Source: Octopus sinensis (Eukaryota). Taken from it: a DNA stretch of 64,000 bases. The stretch spans positions 5,332,001 to 5,396,000 of the forward strand of contig NC_042997.1 in NCBI RefSeq assembly GCF_006345805.1. The letters are read 5' to 3'. The translations under genes were made by a program, and so were the position numbers. Under the pieces are notes generated by a model. That model did not search any database. It was not told where the DNA came from and was given only the letters and a program-made list of their open reading frames with translations. Of this stretch, positions 58,301 through 64,000 are shown piece after piece; within the stretch, counting starts at the first letter, position 1; every line of letters begins with the position of its first letter.

Positions 58301-59076
58301 TAGCCTCGTGAGACAATTTTCTGATGTAAAGCATATAAATTATGTCTCTGTCTCTCTCTCCCTCCCTCTTTCCCTATCTACCTACCTACCTACCTACCTA
58401 CCTACCTACCTATCTATCTATCTATCTATATATCTATCTATTTATCTCTATATATATATCTAATACTCACTCTCTCCCACACAGTCATACTACAAGTAAC
58501 CATACTTATATGTATATGGATTCGCATGTATATCCTCTTCTTCTATTTTTAATTCCTTGACCATTTTCTTTCTATCAATGTTCACACAGACTCGAGATTC
58601 AGTAAGAGATTCATATTCCTATTTGTGTTTAATACAGTTCTTCTTGCATCTCATTATCTTCGTGGTGGAATGATTATATTTGATGCACTCTTAAAACACC
58701 TGCCGAAGGTAGGTTTTCTATCCTGAGGCTCCTATCCCTCTAAATATATTCAGGTTAACGAGTCTCTAATTTGCAATTACAAGTTATATAGTAATATTTT
58801 GTCGGATGTCCCGTAGAGCTTTGCAGAGGCAGTATCTCTTGGAGAGAGATGGGGGATGGGGTGGGGGTAAGATAGGAAACCAGTAGATGAGATCCAGACG
58901 TGCTCAATAGAGAAAACACTTGGTAGTGCTCAAATGATCTTAACTTACACTCTGAAATCTTTATCGAGGACAGGCCATCATAAAAGGAATCTTGTCGAGC
59001 TGATATGCATCGTTATATCCCGTTTTATTTCTCTCTCTCTCTCTTTCTCTCTCTCACTCTCCCTCTCTTTTTCCAT

Positions 59077-59113
<37 letters not shown>

Positions 59114-59124
59114 AAATCAAATAC

Positions 59125-60400
59125 AGACATCACTGATCACAATGTGCTTCCAACACTTTCGTCATTGTGCTATTATTTTCCCCTTTTAGCCCAAACCGTT
59201 GAACTAAATCATCTTCTCATCGTCGTGGTCACCTTCCGAGTTGTTTATTTTGCTATTTCTTTAATACCAGTTGGCAATAGCACGTGTCCATCTATTGTCT
59301 ATGAACCTTGGTACATATCCGGCTCAGCAGAACATTTGCTTTCGGTATTCTGAGATTATGACATTCACATAACTTCGTTGTTCATTTATTTTATTTTTGA
59401 TATGCTCCCGCAATGATATTCCTAGCATGAAATTTCCCATGGCTCTTTGCGTTGTAGCCTATCAATGTTCCTCTCCCTTCGTGTTAGATCACGTCTCACT
59501 TACATATGACAGGGAATGTAGGAAGGTGCTATTGTAGCGTCTGGTACGTATGGCATTGTTTATCTTTGCTTTGATAACATCCTTTACTAAGGTAAATAAC
59601 TCCCAGCTTGTCCTTATTCTTTTCAACATTTCAGCATCCATCTTCCGGTGTATATTTAGTGTGTGCCCTCACCCGATGTACTCCTTTACCTCCTCGATTC
59701 CAACGCTTCCTACTTTGATTTCACTGCTTTCCACCTCTTTTAGCCTTGGTGTATATTTTCGGACTGGGTATATTTTGGATCTATGCGATTACTCTTCTTA
59801 CTTATTGCTGATCAATGGATGTCTAGCTCTGTCACCATCATCTGCAGGTGATCTGTTTTGGCGAGTGCACGATGTTATCTGCGAATCAGAGCTGTGTTAT
59901 CAGATCGCCATTGATGCTCACGCCACCGACCCAGCCATTATCACTGTTAACCTTTTCTAAACATGCGGTGAAGAATTTTGAAGAGAAAGTATATTTTACA
60001 TTCAGGCACGTTCTACTTGGAACTCTTACAAGTGGTGCATGCAGTTCGCATCCTTGAAGACTTTGGTGTACTACGTCTCACCATACATTTCCAGAGATTT
60101 CAGCCTCGCATTCATCTGGATGCAATCGAACACCGAACACAAAACACATGAGCATTGTTGTATTTTTCGGTCGTTCTATATTAGGTACATAAGTGAATAT
60201 GTGATCCATCGTACTGCAGATCTTACAGTACGATGGATCATTCGTTCTGGTTGTTTATTCAGATATTTCGATGTTCAAATGATTATGACCTTTCAAAACA
60301 GACTATAGAGGGGAGACAAGGAGTATATCGAGTGATAGCGTCTTAAATCGTCTTATAAAGTAAGATGGTATTCGACTTTTCCCACATAGACTCCGCTAAA
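59125..60400 (-). mobile_element. RTE-clade LINE remnant (RT and C-terminus)
   Basis: [49 protein letters not shown] (RT catalytic motif), TTQRAMGNFMLGISLREH, DNRWTRAIANWY. Confidence 0.85.
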
Positions 60401-60515
60401 CTTACAAAATAAATAGAAGTGATGCACACATTACAATATAACATTATATATAAATAAACATATGTGTGTAGGTATATATATGTATATGTATGAGTGTCTG
60501 TATTTATATATATAT

Positions 60516-60571
<56 letters not shown>

Positions 60572-61047
60572 GTTCCTAGAGGTAGACTTGCCTCAGCAGA
60601 CAGGAATCTAGGTTTGATTTGTTGCGATATGGTAATCACTTCTGCCAGAGAGAAAAAAAATGATATATTTCTGTCAAATTATATTTCATTGCCATAAAAC
60701 ATCAGAAGAACACGAGTGAAAAACATAGTGAAAATAGCTGTCTTCTTTATGTTCTTCATTGATTATGATAGCGATGAATATGTTTCCTTTAAGATATGTA
60801 TGTACAGTTGCATGTACACACACACACACACACAGAGGTACCATGTATGTGAGTTTGTATGTGTGTGTGTGTGTGTGTGAAGATATATGAATATAGGGAA
60901 TCATTCATTTGAATATATGTATTTATGTTGTTTTACATACATGCAGATACATATATATATATATATATATATATACAAACATACTATATATATATACATA
61001 TATACAAACATACTATATATATATATATATGTATGTGTGTATGTATG

Positions 61048-61114
<67 letters not shown>

Positions 61115-61295
61115 CCTATGCGTGGATCGATAGGTAACTAATATATCGAAACTAGCTAATGACACCGTATACAAGAATAAGAAATAATAATAATAATAAT
61201 ATGATAAAGAGGAAACAGTTCAGAATATGGAGAACAAACACCTGGTTTTACTTAGGAATCAATAAAATATAAGGTTTAGCAATATACACAGAAGC

Positions 61296-61296
61296 A

Positions 61297-61332
<36 letters not shown>

Positions 61333-61354
61333 GTAGTATTAGTAGTAGTAGTAT

Positions 61355-61404
<50 letters not shown>

Positions 61405-61446
61405 GTAGTAGTACTAGTAGTAGTAGTAGCAGCAGCAGTAGTAGTG
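61296..61446. repeat. (TAG)n microsatellite
   Basis: Directly visible. Confidence 0.95.
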
Positions 61447-61887
61447 GTATCTGTTCAGATTTCTCAGATATATTTTGATACATATATTTTAACTTAGCCT
61501 AAATAATATCGGTGTAGGTTATATTAAAGAAATAATACGTGATACTATATAAAATGATAGTGTGGCTTCTGAACATAACGATCACACACTAAAGGGAGTT
61601 GAACCAACTTAATACGTAATTATCTAATAGAAGATATATATGTGTAGATAGTGAAATAGTATTAAGAATATTGCTTTATATGTTTCTATGAAGGCCCCAT
61701 ATATGAAATGAGATGAAACTAGTATATTACAGGTATTAGGCGATTAATATATTCTCATGACTGCCATGGTGATAGCAATGTTATTACTGTAGCAACTGAT
61801 GCTGATGCAACTACTGTTACAACTACTACTACTACTACTACTCCTACTGATGATGATGATGATGTTGCTGGAAAAAATAGGTGGCCA

Positions 61888-61970
61888 TTAACTACGGATA
61901 TTTGAACACATCTTTTTTGTTGTTAACACAACGTTTCGGCTGATATATCATCCAACCTTCATCAGGTGTC
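61888..61970 (-). ncRNA. Type I hammerhead ribozyme motif in the Penelope terminal region
   Basis: CUGAUGA (61965-61959); A; stem II GGUUG/CAGCC (5 bp with one U.G); GAAA (61937-61934); stem III ACG/CGU enclosing a GUUG-UGUUAA-CAAC hairpin; GUA triplet 61895-61893; stem I only 2 bp. Confidence 0.55.
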
Positions 61971-62019
61971 TTGGGGAAATTTCGATCCTTGGTTTTTATT
62001 CCGATGTTGTAGCTGCTGA

Positions 62020-62059
<40 letters not shown>

Positions 62060-62100
62060 ATTATTATTATTATTATTATTATCATTATTATTATTATTAT

Positions 62101-62153
62101 TCCCTGGAATTGCACTCGGAATCAGTAACCCGTGCTCTTAACCACTACGCCAC
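62101..62153 (-). promoter_or_regulatory. tRNA-derived Pol III internal promoter (A box plus degenerate B box)
   Basis: A box TGGCGTAGTGG (62152-62142) fits TRGCNNAGTGG. B-box-like GTGCAATTC (62115-62107) has one mismatch to GTTCRANNC. Confidence 0.6.
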
Positions 62154-62938
62154 ATACTCTTAGACAATTATAGAGCGTATTTTAAGGGCTTATAAATCTA
62201 ATATTTTCCTATCCTTCCTTAATACTGGTTCCCATATACTATTCATATTTGCACTCGGTCTGCTTAGGAGGTTGTTGTGTCCTAACATATGTGCTTCTTC
62301 TTTAAGTTTTCCTCTATTTGAGTGATATTCTATGTATATTATTTTAACTTGACCCCACAGGGGAAGGTGATCTCCATTTTTCCATACATGACCATCTATA
62401 CCCGATTTATCAACGTCTCGTGTCACAGATTTGCGATGTTCCTCTACACTTATCTTGAGGGGCGGCATGTTTCGCCTTTGTGTAACCTATCACAGCTGCA
62501 TGGGATGGAGGACAAGCAGATTTTGGTCATATCCTCTTCTATTCATGGTTTTACCCGAATTAGATATTTGAGAAGTGTTGTATTACTCTTGAATACTGTC
62601 CAGATGTCATATGGGCTGCATGTCTTTTGTATCTTTTCGGAGAGGCCTTTCACATAGGGTAGACAGACTGTAAACAGTTTATTAGTTTCATCTTTTCTTT
62701 TCTTCATAATTGGAGTAGATAGTATGTTTCGTGGGTAGTTGTTGCTTAATAGATAGTTACTGTGATTGATCATTTCTTCGTGGTGGCTATCATGATCACT
62801 GATATGTATATTATTTGCACGATGTTTTAGGCACTGAACAATCTCTCTGTTTACACTGTATGGATCCATACTCCTCTTCCTCCTCCTCTAACTACTACTA
62901 CTGCTACTACTACTGCTACTACTACTACTAACAACAGC

Positions 62939-63047
62939 AAGAAGAAGAAGAAGAAGAAGAAGAAGAAGAAGAAGAAGAAGAAGAAGAAGAAGAAGAAGAA
63001 GAAGAAGAAGAAGAAGAAGAAGAAGAAGAAGAAGAAGAAGAAGAAGA
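62939..63047. repeat. (GAA)n microsatellite
   Basis: Directly visible. Confidence 0.95.
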
Positions 63048-63054
63048 CCGGAAA

Positions 63055-64000
63055 AACTATCGCATTTCGTATGATATGATTAAATATTCATCGATTATCG
63101 AGTACTTAGATCTGTGTGGATTTGTGAGGAATGTAAGGTGTTTCCTGGAGAGAAATATGGTGATGTGGAAATGTGAACTAACATCTTACGGTAAAAGTTT
63201 GGACATCTAGGATATCAGAAGAAATATTATCTATGGTGATAGCTTATCCTCGTTGATTTTTGTTCTTTGCATGATAACCCTGATCTTGATAATGGACCTG
63301 GGGTACCAACTAAATGAACATTCCCAACCAATCAGCCTCCTCATCTGCATGGATGGTTTGAAACTGAATGGTAAGAATGAGACACAAGTGAGTCCCTTGG
63401 CGACCACGGTCCACTGATTTAGTACCGATATTGTGGGGGAAAATCTACCTAAAAAGGGGCAATGTACAAACCCCAGCAGTGATAGAATTACCGAATACAG
63501 GCTGGATTAAATAAATTGAAATAGAAGGCTACAAATATTTTGGTGTACTATCGATAGTTCAATGCGAAAATGGAAAAGTTTAAGAGCAAATGCGTGTGAA
63601 CTATTTCCAAAGATTAAGGTTGGTGTTGCTCTCAAGACTGGCTAAACGGAATACAATCCAAGTAGTTAATACGTGGACGATATCATTACTTCGGTACGGA
63701 CTGGGTATTATAAAATGGCAAAAGAGAGAAGTTATGACGTTGAATACAAAGACCATGAAAATGTTGACAGTACACGGAGCATTCCACCTTAAGAATAACA
63801 CCGATAGGTTGTACTTGTCCAGAAGAAAGAGTGGGAGACGTTTGCTCAATTGTGTGGAAGCATGGGGAAAATAGTCAAGAGTGATAGATAAAGAATGCTG
63901 TACATCCATTGTTGAAACATGGAAAGATGGCCGGCGTCATCAAAACGGAAAATTATATAATGATAGAAAAATTTAAAGAAATGAACACCAAAAGGAATAT
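63055..64000 (+). mobile_element. R4/Dong-clade LINE RT fragment running off the window end
   Basis: IIEYLDLCG, RRNIIYGDSLSSLIFVLCM, LLICMDGLKL (YMDD-like), YKYFG, NTIQVVNTWTISLLRYGLGIIKW, HGAFHLKNNTDRLYLSRRKSGRRLL. Confidence 0.85.

Larger units (their letters stand above)
61885..62870 (-). mobile_element. 5'-truncated Penelope-like element: RT C-terminus, GIY-YIG endonuclease, then a terminal region with tRNA head, (AAT)n and hammerhead
   Basis: LKHRANNI..NNYP..VCLPYVKGLSEKIQK..TVFKSNTTL, then SIPCSCDRLHKGETC and LKISVEEHRK..WGQVKII..KLKEEAHM; stop at 62192-62190. The terminal motifs follow on the same strand. Confidence 0.85.

Noticed and set aside
58850-58870. G-rich gggggatggggtggggg, possible G-quadruplex
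   Set aside because: Only three G tracts.

Overview
Very AT-rich, microsatellite-saturated animal genomic DNA. The mix of repeats (tRNA-derived SINEs with Meta/V/CORE-like cores, R4/Dong, RTE, L1/Tx1 and Penelope retroelements, a DD37D mariner-like transposon, long (TA)n/(AAT)n tracts) points to an octopus-type cephalopod genome; this is inference. There is one credible host gene, on the minus strand. It has two coding exons (43291-42998 and 31117-29486), joined by a phase-0 GT-AG intron of 11,880 bp. The predicted 641-aa product is cysteine-rich, with a signal peptide, two pairs of repeated modules flanking a central ShKT-like six-Cys motif, and a GPI-like tail. The other ORFs in the track are microsatellite artefacts or transposon remnants. 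The most notable non-coding signal is a set of four apparently unrelated hammerhead-ribozyme-like motif families (near 0.1-0.3, 10.5, 23.3-23.8/61.9 and 53.2-53.6 kb). Three occur as head-to-head palindromes. One is linked to a tRNA-type Pol III A/B box and sits directly behind a Penelope GIY-YIG ORF. All calls come from manual reading and translation; no alignment, folding or database search was run.
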